A stretch of DNA of 64,000 nucleotides, taken from NCBI GenBank assembly GCA_963772835.1, contig CAVYYZ010000012.1:254512-318511 (forward strand). The letters are read 5' to 3'. The translations under genes were made by a program, and so were the position numbers. The first letter of the stretch is position 1, and every line of letters begins with the position of its first letter. This DNA is from an uncultured delta proteobacterium (GTDB lineage: Bacteria > Desulfobacterota > Desulfuromonadia > Geobacterales > Pseudopelobacteraceae). Below are positions 24,967-35,614 of this stretch, one piece after another. The notes below the pieces were generated by a model. That model saw only the letters and a list, made by a program, of their open reading frames with translations. It was not told where the DNA came from and searched no databases.

Positions 24967-25075
24967 TAACGTTCGCAAACAGAGCCATTCCAGGCAATTC
25001 CTTGTCGCAGGGATCTAAAGGAATAAGGGCTCGACAGTTTCCCGCATACAAATATCAACATGGAGTAATCCCTTA

Positions 25076-26125
25076 ATGAAAAAAGCACTCATCACCGGCA
25101 TAACCGGCCAGGACGGATCGTATCTGGCAGAACTGCTTCTCTCCAAAGGCTATGAAGTCCACGGCATGATCCGGCGCTCCTCCTCCTTCAACACCGGCCG
25201 CATCGATCACATCTACCGCGACCCGCATGAGAAGGATGTGCGCATGTTCCTGCACTACGGTGACCTGAACGACGCCAGCTCCATCAACATGCTGCTGCGG
25301 GCCATCCAGCCCGAGGAGATCTACAACCTGGGGGCCCAGAGCCATGTCCGCGTCTCCTTCGATGTCCCTGAATACACCGCAGAAGTAGACGGTCTCGGCG
25401 CCGTACGCATCCTTGAAGGAATCCGGGAAACCGGCCTGAACACACGCTTCTACCAGGCCTCATCCTCCGAACTGTACGGCAAGGTAGTAGAAACCCCCCA
25501 GAAGGAAACAACCCCCTTCTACCCCCGTTCACCCTACGCCTGCGCCAAGGCCTACGCCTTCTACATCACCATGAACTACCGCGAAAGCTACGGCATGCAC
25601 GCCTCAAACGGCATCCTCTTCAACCACGAATCGCCCCGTCGCGGCGAAACCTTCGTCACCCGCAAAATCACCCGCGCCGCCGCCCGCATCAAACTGGGTC
25701 TGCAGGAATGTCTCTACCTCGGCAACATCGACGCAAAACGAGACTGGGGCTTCGCCGGCGACTACGTCGAAGCCATGTGGCGGATGCTGCAGCAGGACGT
25801 AGCCGACGATTACGTCATCGCCACCGGCGAGACCTACATGGTACGGACCTTTGCCGAAAAAGTCTTCGCCCGTCTCGGCATGCCGCTGGCATGGCAGGGC
25901 AACGGAGTAGATGAAACAGGGATCGACACGACAAGCGGCCGGACCGTCATCCGGATCGACCCGAAATACTTCCGTCCGGCAGAAGTCGACCTGCTCCTCG
26001 GCGACCCGACCAAGGCGAAGACACAACTGGGGTGGGAACTGAAGACAAGCTTTGAGGAACTGGTGAATATGATGACCGATGCCGACTTCACCATGGCCGA
26101 ACGGGAGAAACGGGCGGATGGTTGA
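25076..26125 (+). CDS. gmd: GDP-mannose 4,6-dehydratase
   Basis: [36 protein letters not shown] and FVTRKIT. Confidence 0.98.
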   Translation: MKKALITGITGQDGSYLAELLLSKGYEVHGMIRRSSSFNTGRIDHIYRDPHEKDVRMFLHYGDLNDASSINMLLRAIQPEEIYNLGAQSHVRVSFDVPEYTAEVDGLGAVRILEGIRETGLNTRFYQASSSELYGKVVETPQKETTPFYPRSPYACAKAYAFYITMNYRESYGMHASNGILFNHESPRRGETFVTRKITRAAARIKLGLQECLYLGNIDAKRDWGFAGDYVEAMWRMLQQDVADDYVIATGETYMVRTFAEKVFARLGMPLAWQGNGVDETGIDTTSGRTVIRIDPKYFRPAEVDLLLGDPTKAKTQLGWELKTSFEELVNMMTDADFTMAEREKRADG

Positions 26126-26440
26126 TCAACAAATCTGCTAAAAGGAAAATAGTCGATACCTGTAACCTGGAATAACGGTCTAGTGTGTGGGCTCCCGGTG
26201 AAAACAATCAGGATGGCGCAACCATTTGACAGGATCAGACTTGTTATGTGGTTGTGACTCCATGTGCGGTTTACGCGGACCGCTCTCCAGCATGTCTGCC
26301 CCTTGTTATGCCCTTTCATTCGCCAGCTTTTTTTTGACAGTGCTGTGTATAGTATCTGAACAGCGCACGCGGGTCTGGTCTTTCCAGCTACTCCGTCCAA
26401 GTTTCCGGACCGTTGTGCGGGCTTGAGTAAAGGGATGAAT

Positions 26441-26908
26441 ATGAACAGCAGAGAGAGAATCCCCGCTGAAATTAAAGCCGCGAACGAGCCTGTTGTGCCG
26501 AATCGCCGCGATAGTTCAAAGTTGAACAGGCAGAGTAATTACCGGATACTCGGACTCCCCCGGCTCTGGCTGCTCCTCTGTGCCGGACTTACGTTCCTGA
26601 TACTCTGGCTGGCGCTCATGCCTTCCAACGTGGCTCCTTCAGGTTTGGGATGGGACAAACTGAATCATGCCGGCGCCATTACTGTTGCAACAGGCCTTGC
26701 ATACCTTTCCCTTCAATCACGCAACTGGGCGGCACCGGTCGCGTTTCTGTACGGGGCATCACTCGGAGTTCTGATCGAGATACTTCAGGGCACTCTGACA
26801 ACCAGCAGAACCGCTGAGTGGGCTGATGTCGTGGCAGATCTGATCGGTGCAGGGTTCGCATGGGGCGTGATCAGAATTTTCCAGCAGAGAACCGCTCAGG
26901 AACCGTAA
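26441..26908 (+). CDS. VanZ family membrane protein (start uncertain)
   Basis: [26 protein letters not shown] and hydrophobic helices. Confidence 0.8.
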   Translation: MNSRERIPAEIKAANEPVVPNRRDSSKLNRQSNYRILGLPRLWLLLCAGLTFLILWLALMPSNVAPSGLGWDKLNHAGAITVATGLAYLSLQSRNWAAPVAFLYGASLGVLIEILQGTLTTSRTAEWADVVADLIGAGFAWGVIRIFQQRTAQEP

Positions 26909-26985
26909 CAGCCGGCATTTCACTCCTTGCCATCCCCACCGGAAACAGGCATAATACGCACCATTTAACAAGCGGAGTTTATCGT

Positions 26986-28467
26986 ATGGCATTTCGGGTC
27001 TATAACACCCTTACCGGTGAAAAAGAGCTCTTCGTTCCACTGACCCCCGGCAAAGTAGGCATGTATGTCTGCGGGGTAACGGTCTATGATTACTGCCATA
27101 TCGGGCATGCCCGGGCCGGGGTGGTGTTCGACATCATCTTTCGTTACCTGAAATATGCCGGCTATGACGTTACATACGTGCGGAATTATACCGATATCGA
27201 TGACAAGATCATCAACCGTGCCAACCAGGAGGGAACCGGTTTTCGTACAATCGCCGACCGGTATATCCAGGCTTTTGATGAAGACATGGCGAGACTGGGG
27301 CTGGACAAACCGACGGTCGAACCGAAAGCCACTGATCATATCGACGGGATTATCAGTATCATCGAAACACTGATTGCCAAAGGTCACGCGTATGCCTCGG
27401 AAGGAGACGTGTATTACGCGGTAGAAACCTTTCCTGACTACCTGAAACTCTCCGGGCGCAACCTCGAGGAGATGCAGGCGGGGGCCCGGGTGGATGTGGG
27501 AGACAAAAAGCGTCATCCGATGGACTTTGCCCTCTGGAAGGGGTCAAAACCGGGAGAACCATGGTGGCAATCCCCCTGGGGTAACGGTCGTCCCGGATGG
27601 CATATTGAATGCTCGGCGATGAGCATGGAGTTTTTGGGGAAAACCTTTGATATCCATGGTGGCGGAAAAGACCTGGTGTTTCCTCATCATGAAAATGAAA
27701 TCGCCCAGTCCGAAGGAGCAAACGGATGCACGTTTGTGCGCTACTGGCTGCATAACGGCTTTGTTAATATAAATGCTGAAAAAATGAGCAAGTCACTGGG
27801 GAACTTTTTTACCATTCGCGAGGTTCTGAAGAAGTATGACGCAGAAACGCTGCGGCTCTTTATTCTATCTGCACATTACCGCTCGCCGATAGACTTCTCA
27901 GACCAGAATCTGGATGAGGCGCAGTCAGGGCTGGAAAGAATATACACCTGTCTGGCCGCACTGGATGAAATTTTGAACGGGCCGTCTCCATCGCCTGAAA
28001 TTGCTGTGATTGAAAATCTGTCGCAGGTCGGTCTGGAACTGCAAGAAAAAGTTGACCACTGCATGCCGCGGTTTGTCGAAGCGATGGATGATGACTTTAA
28101 TACGGCTCAAGCTCTCGGAGTCCTGTTTGAAATGGTGCGCGCCGCAAACCGTTTCCTCGCTGAGACAAAGGAATATACTCCACTTTGTCTCTCTCTGATT
28201 GCACATGTTCGTCATATCTTTGTTGAAGCCGGGAATGTGCTTGGGTTGTTTACCGTTTTGCCTGCTACCTGGCTGGAAGGCATCAAAACCGTAAAGGCGG
28301 ACAAAATTGACATATCAACTGAAGAGATCGAGCAGTTGATATCTGAGCGAACAGAGTCGCGGGCCGCAAAAAATTTCAAGCGCGGCGACGAAATTCGCGA
28401 TCTGCTGTTGGCAAAAGGCATTTTACTGCTTGACTCGGCTCAGGGAACAACCTGGAACGTGAAATAG
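26986..28467 (+). CDS. cysS: Cysteine--tRNA ligase
   Basis: [23 protein letters not shown] and KMSKS; start at ATG 26986 after GGAG. Confidence 0.98.
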   Translation: MAFRVYNTLTGEKELFVPLTPGKVGMYVCGVTVYDYCHIGHARAGVVFDIIFRYLKYAGYDVTYVRNYTDIDDKIINRANQEGTGFRTIADRYIQAFDEDMARLGLDKPTVEPKATDHIDGIISIIETLIAKGHAYASEGDVYYAVETFPDYLKLSGRNLEEMQAGARVDVGDKKRHPMDFALWKGSKPGEPWWQSPWGNGRPGWHIECSAMSMEFLGKTFDIHGGGKDLVFPHHENEIAQSEGANGCTFVRYWLHNGFVNINAEKMSKSLGNFFTIREVLKKYDAETLRLFILSAHYRSPIDFSDQNLDEAQSGLERIYTCLAALDEILNGPSPSPEIAVIENLSQVGLELQEKVDHCMPRFVEAMDDDFNTAQALGVLFEMVRAANRFLAETKEYTPLCLSLIAHVRHIFVEAGNVLGLFTVLPATWLEGIKTVKADKIDISTEEIEQLISERTESRAAKNFKRGDEIRDLLLAKGILLLDSAQGTTWNVK

Positions 28468-28590
28468 CCTCCATCCGGAATGGAGTTATTTCCGTCCTGG
28501 CGGTGTCTCTCTTCGAGCCTGCATGTGCAGCACATCGCGCTCTCTACCTCACATTCCCGATTCTGCCGTGCCAAAACATAATCCCCTGAC
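28465..28590. repeat. Imperfect long stem-loop, possibly a degenerate MITE-like intergenic element
   Basis: Nested complementarity: GGAGTTAT..TGGCGG with CTGCCG..ATAATCCC, and a central GAGC..ATGTGC-A-GCACAT..GCTC. Confidence 0.4.
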
Positions 28591-28618
28591 CTTTCAAATC
28601 TGAAATTGAATCACTTGA

Positions 28619-28646
28619 TTGCATACTGGTTTTTGCCTGTTATAAT
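28619..28646 (+). promoter_or_regulatory. sigma70-type promoter for the sensor kinase operon
   Basis: TTGCAT-N16-TATAAT with an extended -10 TGn. Confidence 0.55.
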
Positions 28647-28741
28647 GTGAGCCTGACCGAGGCCGACAAGATACGTGAGTTATCGGGGTTGTTCTCAGTA
28701 AATCATGGCGGAAAACAACTTTTAACCTACTAAAACATCTG

Positions 28742-30379
28742 ATGAGGTTCTGTGTGGATTGGGAGTGTTGCTGGAACAGGGACGTAATTGAGCAGGCAGA
28801 TTGCCCGATGATAGGCGAGGGTGAAGAAGAGCTGCTTGTATCAAAACGACAGCGGTACCTGGAAAAATGCGGTGAGTGCCCCCGTTTTTTGAGCGACCTG
28901 AAACAATTGCAAAATGACACAAATCCTCTTGCGCCTCTTCTCGCAGATATGCTGAGTGAAAATCACCGTCAGAAAGTCCAGATACAGTCTCTGGTAAGTT
29001 TCCTCGATAATAAAACGCTGGAAATGCGTTTCATGCATGAGCTCGGATCTGTTCTGCAGAGTTCAGTGGACCTTGACGAGGTCCTTTCTGTCGCCCTGAC
29101 TGCAATTACAGCAGGCAAGGGCTTCGGCATGAACCGGGCCTTTCTGCTCCTGTGCGATCGTGACGAGGGTCTCCTTAAGGGGTATCTGGGCCTCGGCCCC
29201 CGTAATATTGAAGAGGCCAGCCTTGTCTGGAATGAGATCATTCAGAACGATATGGATCTGCAGACACTGGCCCAGAACTTTCGACTGAACAAACTTTCCT
29301 CCGAACGCGCAAAATTTCACGATATCCTGGAAATCCTGACGGTCCCGCTTTCCAATAAAGATCATATAGTCATCAAAGCACTGGACGGTCGGATTCCGAT
29401 CATGGTCGAGGGGGCTTTTGACCACCCGGATGTCCCTCCCGAATTGGCACGCTTGCTAGGGGTTGATACGTTTTTGCTGATGCCGCTGATTTCGCGCAAC
29501 AGAAGAGTCGGCATGATTGTCGCTGATAACTGTATTACCCACCGCACCATCACTGATGAAGATATGCATTCACTGGAGACATTCGGCTTTCCGGTTGCTT
29601 TTGCTATCGAACGCGCCTCGTTGTACGATAAACTGCATGTCGAACTTGATCGTGTTACCGAAGCAGGGGAAAAGCTGAAAGAGCAGCAGGAGCTTATCCT
29701 CAGGATGGAAAACATGGCTCTGGTCGGGCGGATCACCTCCAGTATTGCTCATTCGGTTCGAAATCCTCTGATGATTATCGGCGGGTTTGCCCGTTCTATG
29801 CTCAAAAACAGCTCCACGACGGATCCGAAACGCACTTTTATTGAATCGATTGTTGCAGAAACTCGTCAACTGGAGGTGGTGCTGGACGAAATTCTCAATT
29901 ATTCTGACGCGCTGTATCCGACCCGTGATTTCTGGGATGTAAACCAGCTTGTCGATACCGCATTGCGTGAAACTGCCGATATTTTAACTTCACTGGGGTT
30001 TGCCACCAGCTACTTGCCGGAACATGACCTGCCGCAGGTGTTTATAGATTTCAAGCAACTCTCCTACTGTCTCCGCACCGTACTTCAGAATGATATTAAC
30101 GGTATCGGGGAAGATCGATCGATTGCGATCACCTCTCAGAAGGTCGAAGATTGCGTCATTATAAGGATTGATGACCGAAGCCGGCGCATCTCCCAAGTAG
30201 AACTTGAACGACTGCTGGTACCCTTTTCCGAAACCCGTGATCTGGGTACCGGACTTGGGCTTGCGCTGTGCAAAACCATGCTTGACAAACAGGGGATCCC
30301 GTTCATTGTCCAGGCAGACGAGCATGAAGGAATCAGGTATACCATCACACTTCCCACCCGAAAGGAGGAAAAGCCATGA
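28742..30379 (+). CDS. GAF-domain sensor histidine kinase with a Cys-rich N-terminus and a degenerate ATPase domain
   Basis: GAF-like region, H-box IAHSVRNPL and G2 GTGLGL; the G1 box reads DRSRR. Confidence 0.85.
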   Translation: MRFCVDWECCWNRDVIEQADCPMIGEGEEELLVSKRQRYLEKCGECPRFLSDLKQLQNDTNPLAPLLADMLSENHRQKVQIQSLVSFLDNKTLEMRFMHELGSVLQSSVDLDEVLSVALTAITAGKGFGMNRAFLLLCDRDEGLLKGYLGLGPRNIEEASLVWNEIIQNDMDLQTLAQNFRLNKLSSERAKFHDILEILTVPLSNKDHIVIKALDGRIPIMVEGAFDHPDVPPELARLLGVDTFLLMPLISRNRRVGMIVADNCITHRTITDEDMHSLETFGFPVAFAIERASLYDKLHVELDRVTEAGEKLKEQQELILRMENMALVGRITSSIAHSVRNPLMIIGGFARSMLKNSSTTDPKRTFIESIVAETRQLEVVLDEILNYSDALYPTRDFWDVNQLVDTALRETADILTSLGFATSYLPEHDLPQVFIDFKQLSYCLRTVLQNDINGIGEDRSIAITSQKVEDCVIIRIDDRSRRISQVELERLLVPFSETRDLGTGLGLALCKTMLDKQGIPFIVQADEHEGIRYTITLPTRKEEKP

Positions 30380-30756
30380 GCAGATTGTTAGTCGTTGACG
30401 ATGAGGCAAATATCCGATTGCTGTACGCCGAAGAACTGAAGGACGAAGGATATGAAGTGGTGACGGCGTCCAGCAGCGCCGAGGCGGCCGAAAAACTGCA
30501 GGGGAATACGTTTGACCTTGCGGTTCTGGACATTAAATTAAAAAATGAAAGCGGTATAGAATTGTTGCAGAAGCTGGTCAAGGAGCGGCACGAAATGCCG
30601 GTGATCCTCTGCTCGGCATTTTCTTGTTATAAGGACGATTTTTCTGCCTGGCTGGCGGATGGGTATGTGGTCAAGTCAGGTGACCTGACGGAACTTAAAC
30701 AGGAAATTTCCCGGGTGCTCGCCAAGAAGGCACAAAAGATTAAATCGGGAGAGTAA
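30376..30756 (+). CDS. Single-domain response regulator
   Basis: LLVVDDE, phosphoacceptor VLDIKL and conserved Lys in VVKSG; ATGA overlap with the kinase. Confidence 0.92.
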   Translation: MSRLLVVDDEANIRLLYAEELKDEGYEVVTASSSAEAAEKLQGNTFDLAVLDIKLKNESGIELLQKLVKERHEMPVILCSAFSCYKDDFSAWLADGYVVKSGDLTELKQEISRVLAKKAQKIKSGE

Positions 30757-30820
30757 CACATCCCCCCTCCCTGAATCACCTCCATCATGAGGGAGGTGAT
30801 CTACTACTAAAGGAGTTTAC

Positions 30821-33325
30821 ATGAAAGCAGTCATCATGGCTGGTGGATTCGGCACCCGTATCCAGCCGCTTACAGGCAATATGCCCAAACCAATGATCCC
30901 CCTTTTCAACCGTCCGATCATGCTTCACATAGTTGAACTGCTGAAAAAATACGATATCACCGATCTGGTCATGCTGCTCTATCACCAACCATTCTATATC
31001 AAAAACTTCTTCCGTGACGGCTCCGATTTTGGGGTCAAGATCACGTATGTCACTCCAATTGTTGACATGGGGACGGCAGGGGCGGTCAAAGCGGCTGAAA
31101 AGTATCTTGATGAGCGCTTTCTGGTGATCAGCGGGGATCTTCTGACCGATTTTAATCTTAAAAAGATCGTTGATTTTCATGCTGATCACAATGCAAAGGC
31201 GACGATTACGCTGACATCTGTCAAAGACCCGCTCCAGTTTGGAGTTGTGATTACCGATAAGGAGAAGCGCATTACCCAGTTTCTGGAAAAGCCGGGCTGG
31301 GGAGAAGTTATCTCCGATACAATCAATACCGGCATCTATGTCCTGGAGCCGGAGATACTGAAATATATTCCCGAGGGGGAAAACTTCGATTTTTCGCAGG
31401 ATCTGTTCCCGCTCATGCTGAAAAAGAAGGATGCGTTGTTTGGTGTTACGGCCAAAGGATATTGGCGGGATATCGGCAACACTGATTCCTATCGTGAAGC
31501 GTACCTCGATATTTTTAAAGGCAGGGTCAACCTGAAGATCGACGAGCCGAAACAGGACTTTGTCGGAAAGGATCTGCGTATCGGCGCCGATGTCAAGCTG
31601 CAGCAGGCCGCAGGCCTTGAAGGTACCGTCGTGATCGGTGACAACAGCCAGATCCTGGGAGATGTGCGCATCAAGGATTCGGTGATCGGCCGCAACTGCA
31701 CGATTGAAGCGGGAGTCAGGCTCAATCGCTGCATTATCTGGGATAACTCGTATGTTAAAAAGGGAGCCCGGATTAACGACAGTGTCATCTGTTCAAATGT
31801 CCGTATCGGTCAGGGTGTAGTCCTTGAAGAGGGGGTTATTGTTGCTGATGAGTCATCGGTAGGTGACGAAGCGGTTATCAAAGCTGATGTCAAAATATGG
31901 CCCAAGAAGACTATTGAGGCCGGTGCTACTGTCACTTCCAATATGATTTGGGGGGAAAAATGGAAAAAGTCGCTCTTTGAGGGGGCAATCATCAAAGGAC
32001 TTTCCAATGTGGAACTCACTCCGGAATTTTGTGCGAAGCTGGGATGTGCTTACGGCACATCACTTCCCAAGGGAAGTTTCGTGCTGGGCGGACGTGATTC
32101 AAATCCTTCATCCCGCATGCTCAAGCGCTGTTTTATGGGCGGGCTGCTTTCGGCCGGAATCAATGTGCGCGATATGAAGATGACGTCACTACCGCTCGTT
32201 CGCTATAAACTGAAGACATTTGGTGAGGTTGGAGGGGTACATTTCCGTCAGGCACAGGACGATCCCGCCATACTGGAAATCATTTTTCTGGACGGTGATG
32301 GTCTTGATTTTTCGAGCAACATGGGGAAGAACGTTGAGCGCACCTTTTTCAAGGAAAATTTTCGTCGTGCACACCACACAGAACCGGGAGTTATCACTGA
32401 TATCAACAATGTCGGAGATTTTTATCGCGAAGGCTTTTTGCGGGCACTTGATCGGGAACTGCTCAAAAAATCCGCTTTCACAGTGGTAGTGGACTTCAAC
32501 TTTTCTCCTGCGAGCCATACTCTGCCTCAACTATTAAATGAGATCGGTTTTTCGGTCATTGCACTTAATGCATATGTTGATGAAGGCCGTGGTGTGCAGA
32601 TCAAGGAAAAAGAATTGGCCCTCAATCAGCTGTCGGCAATTGTATCATCTCTGGGGGCCCAGGCCGGATTCTGGCTTGACTCATCTGCAGAAGCGATCAC
32701 CATGGTAGACGAAACCGGCCGGATCTGCACAGATATCGAGCTCCTCTCTCTGGCCGTGGCCCTTCAGATGATGGCCGGGCAGAAAGGCTCAATTGCCGTG
32801 CCGGTGCAGACTCCTTCGACAATCGAACGGATGGCGGGGCAAAAGGGGTGTCAAGTGGTCCGCACTAAGAGCTCTGACCGCTCTATGCAGGAAATTGCCT
32901 CTTCTTCGGAAATTGTCCTGACCGGCACGACGGACGGGCGCTTTGCGTTTCCCCGGTTTCAGTCGGCCTTTGACGGCATGTTTGCTATCGCCCGACTGAT
33001 GGAGCTGAGTGCCGCAGGCGGAGTAACGCTTTCAGAGGCACTTTCGGATGTCCCGCGCGCTGCTTTCCTTCAAACCAGCCTCCCGTGCCCCTGGGAAATG
33101 AAGGGTGGTATTATGCGTAAGATGAGCGAAGACAGTCTCGAAAAAGAGGCTACGTTCATCGATGGCATCAAAGTACATTTCGGTGCAGAGTGGGTGCTGG
33201 TGCTGCCTGACCAGTATCTGCCGGTGGTTCATATCGTTGCCGAGGCCAGGGACAATAAGTCCGCCCAGAGACTTCTCGGCGAGTATGCAAAGAAAATTAA
33301 AGAGTGGAAGAAGGAACTGGTGTAA
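30821..33325 (+). CDS. Sugar-phosphate nucleotidyltransferase (mannose-1-P guanylyltransferase-like) + left-handed beta-helix + phosphohexomutase-like fusion
   Basis: AVIMAGGFGTRIQPLT..PKP, EKP, YWRDIG, hexapeptide repeats and a PGM/PMM-like C-terminal half. Confidence 0.9.
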   Translation: MKAVIMAGGFGTRIQPLTGNMPKPMIPLFNRPIMLHIVELLKKYDITDLVMLLYHQPFYIKNFFRDGSDFGVKITYVTPIVDMGTAGAVKAAEKYLDERFLVISGDLLTDFNLKKIVDFHADHNAKATITLTSVKDPLQFGVVITDKEKRITQFLEKPGWGEVISDTINTGIYVLEPEILKYIPEGENFDFSQDLFPLMLKKKDALFGVTAKGYWRDIGNTDSYREAYLDIFKGRVNLKIDEPKQDFVGKDLRIGADVKLQQAAGLEGTVVIGDNSQILGDVRIKDSVIGRNCTIEAGVRLNRCIIWDNSYVKKGARINDSVICSNVRIGQGVVLEEGVIVADESSVGDEAVIKADVKIWPKKTIEAGATVTSNMIWGEKWKKSLFEGAIIKGLSNVELTPEFCAKLGCAYGTSLPKGSFVLGGRDSNPSSRMLKRCFMGGLLSAGINVRDMKMTSLPLVRYKLKTFGEVGGVHFRQAQDDPAILEIIFLDGDGLDFSSNMGKNVERTFFKENFRRAHHTEPGVITDINNVGDFYREGFLRALDRELLKKSAFTVVVDFNFSPASHTLPQLLNEIGFSVIALNAYVDEGRGVQIKEKELALNQLSAIVSSLGAQAGFWLDSSAEAITMVDETGRICTDIELLSLAVALQMMAGQKGSIAVPVQTPSTIERMAGQKGCQVVRTKSSDRSMQEIASSSEIVLTGTTDGRFAFPRFQSAFDGMFAIARLMELSAAGGVTLSEALSDVPRAAFLQTSLPCPWEMKGGIMRKMSEDSLEKEATFIDGIKVHFGAEWVLVLPDQYLPVVHIVAEARDNKSAQRLLGEYAKKIKEWKKELV

Positions 33326-33331
33326 CCGATT

Positions 33332-35521
33332 ATGCCTCAAGCCCTGGACGTGGTCATCGTATGGCACATGCATCAGCCATACTACAAAGACCCGCTGAAA
33401 AATGAATACGCACTCCCCTGGACCTATCTGCACGGTATTAAGGATTATTTTGACATGCCGGCTATCGTTGAAGATACTCCCGGTGCCAAGGCGGTATTCA
33501 ATCTGGTTCCGTCATTGATTGAGCAGCTGTTGGATTATGCTTCCGGCAGTGCCGTTGATCCTTTTCTTGAAAGGGGGAAAGCCGCACCTGCCGAGTTGAA
33601 TCAGAATGACCGCATATTCCTGCTGGAGAACTTTTTTTCGGCAAACAGGCAGCATATGATCGAACCCTCCCGGCGTTATTTGGAGCTGCTCTACATGGCA
33701 GGCGAAGGGAAGCCGGGGAGTGCTGCAGAGCGGGTCGGACATTTCAGCGAACAGGATCTTCTGGATCTGCAGGTCTGGTTCTTTCTGGCCTGGACCGGCG
33801 AGGCTGCCCGTCGCCGGTATCCTGCCTTCACTGATCTGATCGCAAAGGGTGAAAATTTCACCGCAGCCGATAAGGAACTGCTTTTTGCCACTCAATTGGA
33901 AGTATTACAGGCGATAATTCCGTTGTATCGCCGCCTCCACGATGAGGGGCGGATAGAGCTGTCGGTGTCCCCTTATTATCACCCGATTCTGCCGCTGCTG
34001 TGCGATATCCGTTCTGCACAGACCGCCATGCCGCGCGTTGCGCTGCCGGTCTCAGGCTTTCGTCATCCTGAGGATGCTCGCGCCCAGGTCAGCCGCGGAA
34101 TCAGCTATTTCCAGGAAATATTCGGCTTCATACCTACCGGTATGTGGCCTTCGGAGGGTTCCGTCTGCAACGAGGTTCTGTCGATTATAGCCGGCAGCGG
34201 TATCCGCTGGATTGCTACCGATGAGGAAATTCTTGAAAAAAGCATGGACGGCGGCCTTGGTTCCGGTAAGGAACGGTTATATCGGCCGTGGCGCTACAGC
34301 AGCGCACAGGGTGAGGTCGGTGCATTTTTTCGGGATCACCAACTCTCCGATCTGATCGGTTTTACCTACTCACAGTGGGAATCGGGGCGTGCCGTTGCAG
34401 ACCTGTGCGGCCGCCTTAATGCCATCAAGTCACGCCTTGGAAGCGATGGACGGGTTGTGACTATCATTCTCGATGGTGAAAATGCCTGGGAGTATTATCC
34501 GGACAACGCATATGATTTTCTGCAGGGAATGTACAAAGGAATTGCCGAATCAGCGACGCTTCGTCTGACCACCTGTAGTGAGGTTTTGAATGAGACTCGC
34601 TTCGAAGGCCGGCTTCACACGATTTTTCCCGGATCGTGGATTAACGGCAACTACGGAATATGGATCGGTCATCCTGAAGAAAACCTGGCCTGGGATCTGA
34701 TTGCCCATGCCAGAGAAACCGCCGTGTCGAATAATCCGCTCGTTGCCGCAGCTCTTGAAAGCGGTGAACCTTCAACGGATAATGCTGCTGAAAGTATTTG
34801 CCGCTCTCTCTATGCCGCTGAAGGGAGTGACTGGTTCTGGTGGTACGGGGATGACCACTTCTCTCCGCATAGCGACCGATTTGACAGTCTCTTCCGTCAG
34901 CATCTGATACACATCTATCGCCTTCTGGGGTTGCCCCCCCCTCGCGAACTGCTTGAGCCGATCAAGAAGAAGAACCCTGCTGGATTGATACGTGAGCCTG
35001 CCGCATTCATCGATCCGGAGATTAACGGCAGGATCAGTGATTATTTTGAATGGCTTGCTGCCGGACTGTATGACTTAACCCGACAGGGCTCAGCCATGCA
35101 CTCGTCCGACCGGATGCTGCAAAGTTTCTACTATGGCTATAACAGAAGTTCATTCTTTATAAGGATCGATGGAGTTCAGGAACTCTCCTGTCTGTTGAAG
35201 GAGGACGATGTGCTCAATCTGCACCTGATCTATGATCGTGATTATCGACTGCCGCTTCAGATGAAAAACGAAACCGGTCCGCTGCTGGTTAAGGTAAAGG
35301 GGGACTGGACGCCGACCAGTAGCGAATGTCGCTGGAAGATAGCCAAAAGCTGTGAGATCAGCATTCCGCTGAGCAGTATCAAGATGACCGAGGGAAGTAA
35401 GCTGTTCGTCACTGTGACGCTGGTGCGGGACGGCGAGGAGGCCGGCCGCTGGCCGAGCGATGCGCCGTTGATGTTGTATTATGCGGGTCAGAACATTGAG
35501 TTGGACAACTGGCTGATATAA
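33332..35521 (+). CDS. Glycoside hydrolase family 57 (amylopullulanase/glucanotransferase-like)
   Basis: WHMHQP, PYYHPILPLL, WPSEG (nucleophile Glu), LDGENAWE (acid/base Asp) and AEGSDWFWW. Confidence 0.93.
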   Translation: MPQALDVVIVWHMHQPYYKDPLKNEYALPWTYLHGIKDYFDMPAIVEDTPGAKAVFNLVPSLIEQLLDYASGSAVDPFLERGKAAPAELNQNDRIFLLENFFSANRQHMIEPSRRYLELLYMAGEGKPGSAAERVGHFSEQDLLDLQVWFFLAWTGEAARRRYPAFTDLIAKGENFTAADKELLFATQLEVLQAIIPLYRRLHDEGRIELSVSPYYHPILPLLCDIRSAQTAMPRVALPVSGFRHPEDARAQVSRGISYFQEIFGFIPTGMWPSEGSVCNEVLSIIAGSGIRWIATDEEILEKSMDGGLGSGKERLYRPWRYSSAQGEVGAFFRDHQLSDLIGFTYSQWESGRAVADLCGRLNAIKSRLGSDGRVVTIILDGENAWEYYPDNAYDFLQGMYKGIAESATLRLTTCSEVLNETRFEGRLHTIFPGSWINGNYGIWIGHPEENLAWDLIAHARETAVSNNPLVAAALESGEPSTDNAAESICRSLYAAEGSDWFWWYGDDHFSPHSDRFDSLFRQHLIHIYRLLGLPPPRELLEPIKKKNPAGLIREPAAFIDPEINGRISDYFEWLAAGLYDLTRQGSAMHSSDRMLQSFYYGYNRSSFFIRIDGVQELSCLLKEDDVLNLHLIYDRDYRLPLQMKNETGPLLVKVKGDWTPTSSECRWKIAKSCEISIPLSSIKMTEGSKLFVTVTLVRDGEEAGRWPSDAPLMLYYAGQNIELDNWLI

Positions 35522-35614
35522 TACTTCCCTTGTGTTTCTGTTGTCAGGAGGAGAGCCCTTCTTCCCCGGGACAGCGACTGGGTATGGGCGGGTGGTGATT
35601 TAAAGGAGATTGAA

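Noticed and set aside
26126..26440. Long intergenic gaps (also 44811-45065 and 52819-53354) inspected for riboswitches, tRNA or sRNA
   Set aside because: No c-di-GMP, T-box, SAM, cobalamin or tRNA signature was recognisable by eye; an Infernal/Rfam scan would be needed to exclude them.
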